Assembly: GCA_048887225.1 (NCBI GenBank)
Contig: JBHLJY010000002.1
Coordinates: forward strand, 288,001-352,000
DNA length: 64,000 bases
From: Candidatus Hodarchaeota archaeon
GTDB taxonomy: Archaea; Asgardarchaeota; Lokiarchaeia; Sigyniarchaeales; SOKP01
Reading direction: 5' to 3'
In this document: positions 30,488-39,849 of the stretch, one piece after another
Numbering within the stretch: position 1 is the first letter of the stretch
Layout of the letters: each line of letters starts with the position of its first letter
Position numbers and translations under genes: made by a program
The notes under the pieces: model-generated
Seen by the model: the letters and a program-made list of their open reading frames with translations, nothing else
Databases searched by the model: none
What the model was told of the DNA's origin: nothing

Positions 30488-31804
30488 ATGAAGCTTTTCA
30501 AAAGAAAAGAAATCGATATTACTCTCTTGAGTAAAGGATTTTTAATAATATCTCTAATAATTCACCTTGTTTTTATTTTTTCTCTCGTTTTTGGGTTTTT
30601 GAATCCCCTATTCCATGATAGTACTTACCGTTTAGGTCAAGGTTCTGATTTTTATGCTATTTACCAAGCGGGATATAATGTATTATTTGGGTTAAATCCT
30701 TATAAGAAGGTTGATGGCTATAATGTCGTCCCATATTCATATAATTTCATCTACCACCCGTTTCTAGCTTTTACTTTTGGAGTTGCATTTAATATCTTTC
30801 CACCATTCGTTGCATACTGGGTTTGGGTTATAGTTTTGCTTAGTCTGGTATGGATATCATGTTATCTTACTCATAATATCTGTAGAGCTTTAGATAAACC
30901 TAAATGGGTTGAATTTGTTGCTATAGGGATGTGGTTATGTTTTTCACCGATTTATGTTGAATTATTTATGGGACAAATAACATTAATAGTAGCACTATTA
31001 GCTTTCTTTTCATTATACGCAGAAACACGCAAAAAAGAAGCTCAAGGGACTATTTTTTGGACCCTTTCATGTCTCATAAAACAGTTTCCTTTTATTCTTT
31101 TACCTTCAATTTTAAGTTCGGGAAGGACAAGAAAAGTAGTTATAAATATTATTGTCTTTACGATTGCGACAATAGTATTTGGGCTAGGATATTTTTTATT
31201 TTATTATTTAGAATATGCAGGAATAAGATCAAGTAAAGTGTATACCCATTATGGGAATTTTGATTTAAGAAGTGTTATTTATGAGTTTGGTACGCTTATT
31301 ACAACGAGCCCTTCTTGGCTTGAAAAAAATATTTTTTTGATTAATATTGTATTATTTAGTATATTTATTGGCTTATCCTTAATTGCGACGATTTATTCAA
31401 GAGATTACTTAGTTTCAATTAGCCTATTTGTTTGTTCTTACTTCATAATTTTTTCAGGTGTCTGGGAACACCATTTTACATTAATATTACCCTTTCTAAT
31501 CCTTCTATGGATTCGAGATGAATCAAGGAACAAATGGTTTTTTATTTTCCTTTTTTTAGCTATTCCTACTCCTTTTATAATTTTAGAATTAAGCAATTTA
31601 TGGTATTTTCCTTTTTCTCTTTTGTACAGATGTTTTAAGTTTGTTCCTATTTTGATAATGTTTATTTTATTGCTGAAACAGGCATATAAAACACCTCGAA
31701 CCACAAGTTTCGTTGAATCAATTAAAGAAGTAAAAAATAATATTATTATCGGCTTAAAAAATCCAAATATTGAAAATTATTCAAACATTTTCATGGAATT
31801 ATAA
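30488..31804 (+). CDS. GT87/DUF2029 membrane glycosyltransferase (PimE/AftC family)
   Basis: GSDFYAIY..NPY..FIYHPF, GQIT, IKQFP, VWEHH. Confidence 0.8.
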   Translation: MKLFKRKEIDITLLSKGFLIISLIIHLVFIFSLVFGFLNPLFHDSTYRLGQGSDFYAIYQAGYNVLFGLNPYKKVDGYNVVPYSYNFIYHPFLAFTFGVAFNIFPPFVAYWVWVIVLLSLVWISCYLTHNICRALDKPKWVEFVAIGMWLCFSPIYVELFMGQITLIVALLAFFSLYAETRKKEAQGTIFWTLSCLIKQFPFILLPSILSSGRTRKVVINIIVFTIATIVFGLGYFLFYYLEYAGIRSSKVYTHYGNFDLRSVIYEFGTLITTSPSWLEKNIFLINIVLFSIFIGLSLIATIYSRDYLVSISLFVCSYFIIFSGVWEHHFTLILPFLILLWIRDESRNKWFFIFLFLAIPTPFIILELSNLWYFPFSLLYRCFKFVPILIMFILLLKQAYKTPRTTSFVESIKEVKNNIIIGLKNPNIENYSNIFMEL

Positions 31805-31822
31805 TAATAATAATAATAATAA
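31802..31822. repeat. (TAA)7 microsatellite beginning at the stop codon of the GT87 gene
   Basis: Seven tandem TAA read directly. Confidence 0.9.
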
Positions 31823-31828
31823 ACAGAT

Positions 31829-33697
31829 TCAATACCTAGTTTTAAAGATTACCTCATCATCTATCGTTATTTTTCTGAAATAATCATTATTTTCAAGAAA
31901 TTCTGCTCTAAAATATATTTCAACTTCTAATCTTTCGGGGAAGTGTTCAAGCTGAGCGGCATCAAATAGGTATTCTGTTATATTTAGAGAGACTGGATCA
32001 ATATGAGGTTTAAGGTAAAAATAATGTATCATACCAAACTTACTACTCATCATTTTTTGATAAAACTCTTTTGAATCTTTGCAATCAGCAAGTTCTTGCA
32101 GAAAAACTATCCTCTCATTGTTTAACGCGCTAGGATGACTGAAATGAGGATTATATACAATAAAAAGATTGATCGGTAAAAATGCCGCAACTTCATAGTA
32201 ATGAAGTAAAAATACTTTATTTTCATAATCTAATTGTTCAATAATATTAACCCGTCTTGGAACATTCTCGTTAAGAGCATCCTGATAATAATCAGATTTG
32301 TACAAGCTAACTGTATTATCATAATTCTGAAAGAATATAATTAGTAGGAGTATAAAAATTTCTAAATTTTTAAGATTAACTTTACTTTTAAACTGCTTTA
32401 AAGCTTTATGCTTTTTTAGGATTCTGAAAAATTCAAAATAGAATAATGTGAAAGAAATTACGAGTACATAATAAGATACAATTAAAACTCTATAATGAAC
32501 CAATGGAAAGCCTGCTAATGCACCTATAAAACTTAACACATAGAGAATATAAACAGATATGACAATATTTCCTAAAAAGGTTAGCAAATTCGATCTAGAA
32601 TATCGTAATAAAACAAAAATAATTCCCAGAATCAAAATGAAACTAAATAGATTGAATTTGAGATATTCTTCAAATGGCATTTCTAGTGCGTAGTTTGGAA
32701 AGAATAAGTTTTGATGCCCTTCTGCTCCCAGTAAGAGAATATTGATAGTCAAGGGAAGCCAAAACCAAGAACTAAAAATAAAAATTAATATTGAAATAAA
32801 AAATATTCTTTTAATTTTATTTTTAAACTCTTTTATGTTATTTTGAATCTTACTTTGAATCAAAAGGATAAACACATAGATTGGAACGAGGATAAAATAC
32901 AGATAAAAGGTGCATACTAAAATCGAGCCAATTATTCCAGCAATTATATAATCTTTTCTTGAAAATTCTTTATTTGTATAATTTTCAAAATAATAGAGAA
33001 AAAACGGAATAAAGAACATATAACCAATTAAATGATCAATCCAAATAATCTCATTATAATTCGCTACAAATGTGAAAAACAGAGCTGTAATGTAGAAAGA
33101 TTTTTTTTTACTAAAAAGCTTTTTCCAAGCTTCGTTTAGGAGTATCGGTAAAATATAATATGAAAATAAAAATCCAAACTTTACCATCTTATGGGATTCA
33201 ATCTGAAATAATGCTGCAAATACTGCTAAAATATACCAATAAAGCGGTGCCATAAATGCTGAAAATCCTTTAAACGCAAAATCTTGAGGATATATTGAAT
33301 GAGCCATTTGAGCGATCATCGCAGATCTATACCAATTATCAGGACCTAATCCACTATAAGCAAAATCAGTTCTAGCAAAGAGAAATGATAAGATCGCAAA
33401 ACTAAACACAGTAAAAAGAATAATATTTCTTTTATAATCTACCATAAAAATCTTTTTTCTCGTATTTGGCTGATTGAATATAACAAAAATTATGAAGAAA
33501 CCAATCGTGATTAGCGCACAGATAATATTTCTATAAAACTCTTCCCAGAAAACTGGCGGCAATAGCAAAAAAAGTATAATAAAAGCTAGACATCCTATAC
33601 CTGCATACAAGAATTCTTGAAAAATATCTAATTTATATAGTTCAGAAGCTTTTTCTTTAATTACACTTGTTTTTGATTTTTCCTTATTACCAGACAT
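31829..33697 (-). CDS. AftA/GT85-like arabinofuranosyltransferase homolog (paralog A)
   Basis: GLGPDNWYRSAMIAQMAH..QDFAFKGFSAFMAPLYWY and C-terminal PHFSHPSALNNER parallel the AftA N- and C-terminal signatures as I recall them. Confidence 0.72.
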   Translation of the reverse strand: MSGNKEKSKTSVIKEKASELYKLDIFQEFLYAGIGCLAFIILFLLLPPVFWEEFYRNIICALITIGFFIIFVIFNQPNTRKKIFMVDYKRNIILFTVFSFAILSFLFARTDFAYSGLGPDNWYRSAMIAQMAHSIYPQDFAFKGFSAFMAPLYWYILAVFAALFQIESHKMVKFGFLFSYYILPILLNEAWKKLFSKKKSFYITALFFTFVANYNEIIWIDHLIGYMFFIPFFLYYFENYTNKEFSRKDYIIAGIIGSILVCTFYLYFILVPIYVFILLIQSKIQNNIKEFKNKIKRIFFISILIFIFSSWFWLPLTINILLLGAEGHQNLFFPNYALEMPFEEYLKFNLFSFILILGIIFVLLRYSRSNLLTFLGNIVISVYILYVLSFIGALAGFPLVHYRVLIVSYYVLVISFTLFYFEFFRILKKHKALKQFKSKVNLKNLEIFILLLIIFFQNYDNTVSLYKSDYYQDALNENVPRRVNIIEQLDYENKVFLLHYYEVAAFLPINLFIVYNPHFSHPSALNNERIVFLQELADCKDSKEFYQKMMSSKFGMIHYFYLKPHIDPVSLNITEYLFDAAQLEHFPERLEVEIYFRAEFLENNDYFRKITIDDEVIFKTRY

Positions 33698-33845
33698 TAT
33701 TAATAATTGAGAGGGTTTTCATATAGAATTAAACAAGATTTATTATTTTTAACAATATATAATAACCATTATTTATAACTAAGTTTAAGAGATTATCTAA
33801 AATACTTTAATTACAGTTTTTAAAAAAAGATTAGTAAATTTTCAA

Positions 33846-35063
33846 ATGAATATATTATATATCGTTCAAGGATTTCCCCCAAGTATTGGAGCGGGCGCAA
33901 TAAATGCATATAAAATTGCTAAATACCTTGCTGGTTTCAACCACAAGATTTTAGTCTTATCTCCAGGAGTATTTAGCAAACCCTCTAATGAAAGCAAGGC
34001 TTCAGTTATAGAAAGATTAAATGATACAGATATAGAAGTGAAATATTCAAGTAAACTTATGAGAATTCCATTAAATCTGACTCTCTCTCATTTTGAAAAT
34101 ATGATCCGTTTTTTTTTAAAGCTGAAATCAAGGTTTCGACCAGATGTCGTCTTATCCCAATATCAAGCTTTCCATTACGCAAGTGTAGTTGGAGGCTATC
34201 TATCAAAAATATTGAAGATACCTCATATTAGTCGCTCTCATGACATTTTCTTTCCAACAGATGCCTTTTCAATGCCATTACGACTTTTTTACTCTTCAAT
34301 TTATACCAGAATTTATCGCTCTATTTTAAATTGCGATATATTTTATGTTACCACTTCAGAAATGAAGAGACATTATTTGAAATTTAAAAAACTGAAGAGT
34401 GTTAATTTTAAACTGCATCATAACGGGATAGATACAGATCAATTCTACCCTTTTGATAATCAAGAAGAACTAAAAGAAAAGTTCAATGCTGATAATATAG
34501 TTTTATTTGTTGGACAAATTTCAAGAGATTATGATTTAGGATTTATACTCAAAATAATACCAGATATTCTAAAAACTCATAAAGATACCCATTTTTTAAT
34601 AATTGGAAGTGGTCCTCATGAGAAAAGTTTAGTGGAGTTCATCAAAGATAATAGTTTAACCAAACAAATTCATTTCTTAGGAATAAAGGCTCATGAAGAA
34701 ATTCCATATTATATAAATAATAGTGATATAGGTATTGGAAGGATAACGCGTGAAAAAATTTGGAGATATATGATACCGGTGAAATGTTTAGAGTATATGG
34801 CCTGCGCTAAACCTTTCGTAACTGCCCCTCTTTCGCAAGATTTAATTAGAAATAATGATGTTGGATTAGTGTTGAAAAGAAGTTTTACAGAAAAAGAACT
34901 GCTTGATAAATTAATTATGCTAATAGAAGACTCTAGCTTAAGAAAAAGATTAGGAGAAAATGGTATGAAAAAAATCCACCAGAAATTCAGATGGGAAGTA
35001 ATAATGGAAGAATTTAATAATGAATTAATTGATTTAAAAACTAATTATCTGAAACAAATATAA
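33846..35063 (+). CDS. Glycosyltransferase family 4 (paralog of 3600..4781)
   Basis: Shares FHYASVVGGYLSKILKIPHI, KTHKDTH, DIGIGRIT, IPVKCLEYMAC with the 3600 protein. Confidence 0.92.
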   Translation: MNILYIVQGFPPSIGAGAINAYKIAKYLAGFNHKILVLSPGVFSKPSNESKASVIERLNDTDIEVKYSSKLMRIPLNLTLSHFENMIRFFLKLKSRFRPDVVLSQYQAFHYASVVGGYLSKILKIPHISRSHDIFFPTDAFSMPLRLFYSSIYTRIYRSILNCDIFYVTTSEMKRHYLKFKKLKSVNFKLHHNGIDTDQFYPFDNQEELKEKFNADNIVLFVGQISRDYDLGFILKIIPDILKTHKDTHFLIIGSGPHEKSLVEFIKDNSLTKQIHFLGIKAHEEIPYYINNSDIGIGRITREKIWRYMIPVKCLEYMACAKPFVTAPLSQDLIRNNDVGLVLKRSFTEKELLDKLIMLIEDSSLRKRLGENGMKKIHQKFRWEVIMEEFNNELIDLKTNYLKQI

Positions 35064-35875
35064 ATTTTCTCTCTTTTATCTAATCCAAACAAATCTATAA
35101 ATTTTTTGTTTAAATCACCAACAAAATTATCAACCTGAACCTTAAACCCTGCTCTTTCTAATTTATCTTTATAATCAATACCATAAATTCTAAAGTGATT
35201 CTGCTCCCCAAATAATTTACGCCGTTCATTAGCAGCCATCTCTTTTGTACCCTCGACAGTTTTCTTAAGAGAGTAATCAATTGGAGATTGAATTATTGCC
35301 CATCCATTAGGTTTTAAAACTCTAAATATTTCTCTCATAGCTAGAGTATCATTAATTACATGTTCTAGCACGTGGGAGCACAATATAACATCAAAACTTT
35401 TATCTTCAAATATCAAATCTGTAATATCGGTCTTAATCATTGCTAATGGAGAACTTAAATCAGCAGTAATACATTCAATATTTGAGAGATTTTTAAAAAT
35501 TGATAACAAAATTTTGTTAGGCGCAAAATATAATACTTTTAACTTGCTTTTAAAGAAATCTGTTTTAGTTTTAAGGTACAAAAGCATCAACCGGTGCCGT
35601 TCTAAAGAACTACATCCAGGACACTGCGCGGATAACCTAAATTGTGTTCCAACTGGAATGAACTTCTTGAAATTCCCTCCACAACAAGGACAGATTTTAT
35701 TCTTTCCTTTAAATAAAATCCTTCTCATTGTTTTAAAAAATAAAATAAACTTAGGTAAGTAATTCTCAAAAACTCGAAAAAGGAAAGTTTGTTCATGGCC
35801 TAATAAATTGGCTAAATAAAAAGGATTTTTTAATAAATGATATATCTGTTTTTTCCACGAAAATTCTTTTTTCAT
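35045..35875 (-). CDS. Class I SAM methyltransferase with N-terminal Zn ribbon
   Basis: CPCC..CPGCSSLERHR, VLYFAP, FDVILCSHVLEHV, RVLKPNG. Confidence 0.88.
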   Translation of the reverse strand: MKKEFSWKKQIYHLLKNPFYLANLLGHEQTFLFRVFENYLPKFILFFKTMRRILFKGKNKICPCCGGNFKKFIPVGTQFRLSAQCPGCSSLERHRLMLLYLKTKTDFFKSKLKVLYFAPNKILLSIFKNLSNIECITADLSSPLAMIKTDITDLIFEDKSFDVILCSHVLEHVINDTLAMREIFRVLKPNGWAIIQSPIDYSLKKTVEGTKEMAANERRKLFGEQNHFRIYGIDYKDKLERAGFKVQVDNFVGDLNKKFIDLFGLDKREKIYICFR

Positions 35876-35900
35876 AATAAAAATATAAAAATATATAGCT

Positions 35901-36740
35901 TTATTTTAGCTCACTAAAGATTAATTTTTTCTTCTTAAAAGAAATTTCATCTTTTTTAAAAATTTTTAACTTAATTTTTAATAAAAGATATCTGAAAAAG
36001 CAGGCCAAAATATTAATTGCTAATTTATTTAATTTTATTCTTGATTTACCATGCGCTCTATCCATTAATTTGATTGGACATTCCTTTATTCTAAAACCAT
36101 ATAAAGCGGCTCTAATAATTAACTCTGTTGTAAATGCAAAATTGTAATATTGAATATTCTCGAAAATACTGATTATTTTTCTATCAAAAGCTCGGAAACC
36201 ACCTTGATTATTTACGACTTTTTGACCAAATATTATCAGCAGTAATTTCTCAACAAAAATTTCTCCAATTCTCGTAGTAATCGGGAGTTCGTAATTATAG
36301 CTCCCTAAATATCTTGATCCAATAGTATATTCTGCCTCATTATTAAGAATTGGTTTAATTAATGAATAAATATCATCTCCCGAATGCTGGCCATCAGCAT
36401 CCATAGTAATAATAATTTTTCCATTTGATTTTTTTATTCCAGTTAATATTGCTTTTCCATATCCCCGATTTCTTTTATGTTTATATAGTTTTATATCCCA
36501 ACTTGCTTGAGCTCTCTTAATCTCCTCAACACTTTTATCTTTTGAACAGTCATCGATAACAATGACTTCTATTTTATTATTATTTGGTAGGGAAGTTAAT
36601 ATTGAATATATTGTTGTTTCTTCATTATAAACAGGTATCACTATTGAAATCAAATACTTTTTATTACTTTTGATTCTTTCTATATGCTGATACATTTCAT
36701 TATAAGTATTAGAAAGACTACTCACCAAAAGCCTTACCAT
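35901..36740 (-). CDS. GT2 glycosyltransferase (DPM-synthase-like)
   Basis: IPVYNEE, IDDCSKD, NRGYG, MDADGQH, IGSRY, GFRAF. Confidence 0.9.
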   Translation of the reverse strand: MVRLLVSSLSNTYNEMYQHIERIKSNKKYLISIVIPVYNEETTIYSILTSLPNNNKIEVIVIDDCSKDKSVEEIKRAQASWDIKLYKHKRNRGYGKAILTGIKKSNGKIIITMDADGQHSGDDIYSLIKPILNNEAEYTIGSRYLGSYNYELPITTRIGEIFVEKLLLIIFGQKVVNNQGGFRAFDRKIISIFENIQYYNFAFTTELIIRAALYGFRIKECPIKLMDRAHGKSRIKLNKLAINILACFFRYLLLKIKLKIFKKDEISFKKKKLIFSELK

Positions 36741-36914
36741 AAAATGAATTTTAAGATTATTATTTAAACTAGTTTTTATTTAAATAAGTTGTTATTTAAT
36801 ATGATAATATTATTAATAAAAATATTTAATTCTTTTATTAAGAGTAATTTTCGGGAAAGACCCAAAATCGGTTTTTTTTAAAAAAAATGAGAATAAAATC
36901 TCTTACATTTAATC

Positions 36915-39461
36915 TTAATCAAAAAAAGGGGCATAATATAACGTTAAATCTCCGATTTCTTTTTTAGTTTCGTTATAAAGTCTCGGAATGAGATAATTTT
37001 TTACAAAAACGGTCCTATTATTTTGGTCTTCAAAATAATCTTCAGAAATTAAAAAATATTTAATTTTATCATCTTTTAGGTCGCTTATCTCTTCATTTCG
37101 TTCAGTTGGATTTGCTCTTGATTCAAAAACATCATTTAGGATTATATAATATGAACTTGCTAATAAAAGGGTTCCAATCTTTAAAACAAAATCATTTTCC
37201 ATCAATATCTTCGAATCCTCAGGGATATTATCCGACATCCAACTAAACATTTCAATTTCATCTTCTGAAATTTTATTTTCAATATCACTTGCTCTCATAC
37301 TGAAGATAAAAAAGTTTGATAAAAATAGGAAAATAAATAAAGAGAAAGAGAGGTATTTTGTAAAAATCCTCCTGTTTTTCCCTAAAAATAATTTTTTAAA
37401 TCTATCCTTATTTTTAATGATTTTAATAAATTTAGAAATTCCTAAGGTAAAAAGAATACTAAAGGGAATTACAGAAAATACCCATATCCTATTGAACCAA
37501 AAGTACATCATCCTAAAATTTTCTGAATCAATAGTATTTGTCTTAATCGCAAGAGTTTGGTACCAATTGAGATAAATAAGGAGAGAACCAAAGATAATTA
37601 CAAAGAACGTCCATGTAAACATCAATCTAAACAAGGATTTATTCATTTTAAAACAAAAAAAAGATAAATATACTGCTACTATTCCAACATAACCTATATT
37701 AATGAAAATTTCATGTAAATAATTAAAAAACATATATTTTTCATACAATTTATTATTGGAAAAAATCTCCCCTAATAAAATAGATATTACCTCAATAATA
37801 AGAAATATTGAGAAAATCAAAAGACAAATCTTAAAGGTTTTAATAACATCAAAATTAAATTTAAAGAATTTCTTTTCTCCATTTATGAATTTTTTTTTAT
37901 ATATATACCAATTCAAAATTGAAGCGAAAAAAATGATGATAAATAATGTATATACAATAATGTTAGGTGGAATTATTAATATAAGATACGCAAATACTTG
38001 AGACTGGAAGATCCATTGAATCATATTAAAAATGGATAAAGATAAATATGTGCTCATAACAAGATCAAAGACTATGAGAGTTATAGTCGTTAATAAAATG
38101 AAAAATGAGAGAATTTGAAAGTTAATTATTTTTTTTTCTGTAACCATACAATAAAGAATTATCATTAAAAATCCCATAAGGAATGGAATCATATATGATA
38201 GAAAGCTAAGGCTTAATAAAAAAGCCGAAAGATAAATTATTTTTGACTCTTGGAGATTAAGAATAAAATTAAATTTTCTTTTTTCTTCATTCATATTGCG
38301 AGTTTTTGAAATTAAAATAAATATTGCCAAGCTTAATATGAATAAAATGATAGAATAGCTTTTATATATGATATAAATCAAACAAACAAAACTTAATGAT
38401 GAGATCGTTGAAAACGATATAATATAAAATAATCCCGAAAATGTTATCATTACAATAGTTGAAGAAACTGCAAGTTTTTCTTTAAAATTGATTAAAATGG
38501 ATTTCATTAGTATAAAAACGGATGTTACAAATAAATAAGTAAACGGAAAGAATAATACATTCATATTTACGAAGGGGATACCTCCTAGTATACTAAATCC
38601 AAAGATTACATAACACCAAAATATAGGATAAAATAGAAAATCTTCGCCTCTAGCTATTGGACTTGTATTATCACTTCCTATAAATTTTGAAGGAGATACC
38701 CCTGCCCAACTATCGCTTAAGGTAAGATATGGATTTGCTAACAATACAGCAAGAGAAATAAAGATAAATCCTATTGCCATCAATAATATAATAAATAAAT
38801 TGTTGGAAACTTCGATTTTATTAATTTTTTGAAAAAAAACCTCATTTCGAGTTTTTTGAATAATCAAATCAATAGATAATAGATTATAAATAATAATTAT
38901 TAAAGCTAATAGGAAGTGATCTTTATGCAAATTTATTTGGTCGAGGATTAAAGTTGATATTCCAATGAACGCAAATGAAAGTATTGGATATAATGTTAAT
39001 TTTATTATGGAACTATTTAGATTTAAACGCTTATCTAAATTGGTGTTACTAAAAAATATATTATATATACTTGCACCAGGAATAAAAGAGGCTCCTAAAA
39101 GGACTATAATTGCTCTAATTAAATTTGAAAACCCGATTCTTTTCCATAAAATTATAGTTGATCTGTAAGTAATTGGTGGGATTAATAAAGAAACAAGCAT
39201 CAAACCTGCTAGTATGATCTTTACAAAATTTTCTGGTATAAATTTGAAAGAAAATAAAATAATTTTATCATTCTCATGATCAAAATTAATAAAAGTAAAG
39301 ATCCCAGTGATAATTAAAACGAAACCTATGAATATTATTATCGAAATAATTAAACTATCTCCCGGGGGATAAAAGAAAATGAGAAAAATGAAATAGGCGA
39401 AAATAAAACCGATAATGAATACAATTGACGATAAATTTTTTCTTAGGTTAAAAACCACCAA
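36915..39461 (-). CDS. Large polytopic GT-C-like membrane protein
   Basis: 848 aa, very many TMs; loop LSDSW...FYPIFW; C-terminal WMSDNIPEDSKIL...IKYFLIS. Confidence 0.55.
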   Translation of the reverse strand: MVVFNLRKNLSSIVFIIGFIFAYFIFLIFFYPPGDSLIISIIIFIGFVLIITGIFTFINFDHENDKIILFSFKFIPENFVKIILAGLMLVSLLIPPITYRSTIILWKRIGFSNLIRAIIVLLGASFIPGASIYNIFFSNTNLDKRLNLNSSIIKLTLYPILSFAFIGISTLILDQINLHKDHFLLALIIIIYNLLSIDLIIQKTRNEVFFQKINKIEVSNNLFIILLMAIGFIFISLAVLLANPYLTLSDSWAGVSPSKFIGSDNTSPIARGEDFLFYPIFWCYVIFGFSILGGIPFVNMNVLFFPFTYLFVTSVFILMKSILINFKEKLAVSSTIVMITFSGLFYIISFSTISSLSFVCLIYIIYKSYSIILFILSLAIFILISKTRNMNEEKRKFNFILNLQESKIIYLSAFLLSLSFLSYMIPFLMGFLMIILYCMVTEKKIINFQILSFFILLTTITLIVFDLVMSTYLSLSIFNMIQWIFQSQVFAYLILIIPPNIIVYTLFIIIFFASILNWYIYKKKFINGEKKFFKFNFDVIKTFKICLLIFSIFLIIEVISILLGEIFSNNKLYEKYMFFNYLHEIFINIGYVGIVAVYLSFFCFKMNKSLFRLMFTWTFFVIIFGSLLIYLNWYQTLAIKTNTIDSENFRMMYFWFNRIWVFSVIPFSILFTLGISKFIKIIKNKDRFKKLFLGKNRRIFTKYLSFSLFIFLFLSNFFIFSMRASDIENKISEDEIEMFSWMSDNIPEDSKILMENDFVLKIGTLLLASSYYIILNDVFESRANPTERNEEISDLKDDKIKYFLISEDYFEDQNNRTVFVKNYLIPRLYNETKKEIGDLTLYYAPFFD

Positions 39462-39849
39462 AATGATCTTTTTAATTTATGAATTTTTTAGTGTTTCAAA
39501 TTATTATTTTCAATTAAATTTTTCTCTCAGTTTTATTTGATATTATATTTCATTTAAGAAATTGAATATTGCTCAATTTTAAGTTTTAGGGTTTTTTATC
39601 CAAGGAAATATAATATTTCTTGCTAAATACTATTAAGATTATTCAATCACATTTATTAGCTTCTTTTCAAAAAGAATTTTAAATCAAATAACTCAAATAA
39701 CATCAATATGTTTTTAATTATGTAAAAATAATGGAATCCATTGGTAGATTTAGTAAATTTATATAAATATAAAAGAAACTGAAAATTTTAATAAATACTT
39801 TAGAGCCTTATAGAGAATTTTAAAATTTATATAAACTGATTAAATAAAT

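Noticed and set aside
36848-36887. ttttcgggaaagacccaaaa mini-hairpin followed by T/A runs as an intrinsic terminator
   Set aside because: Only three G-C pairs with a bulge; too weak to call
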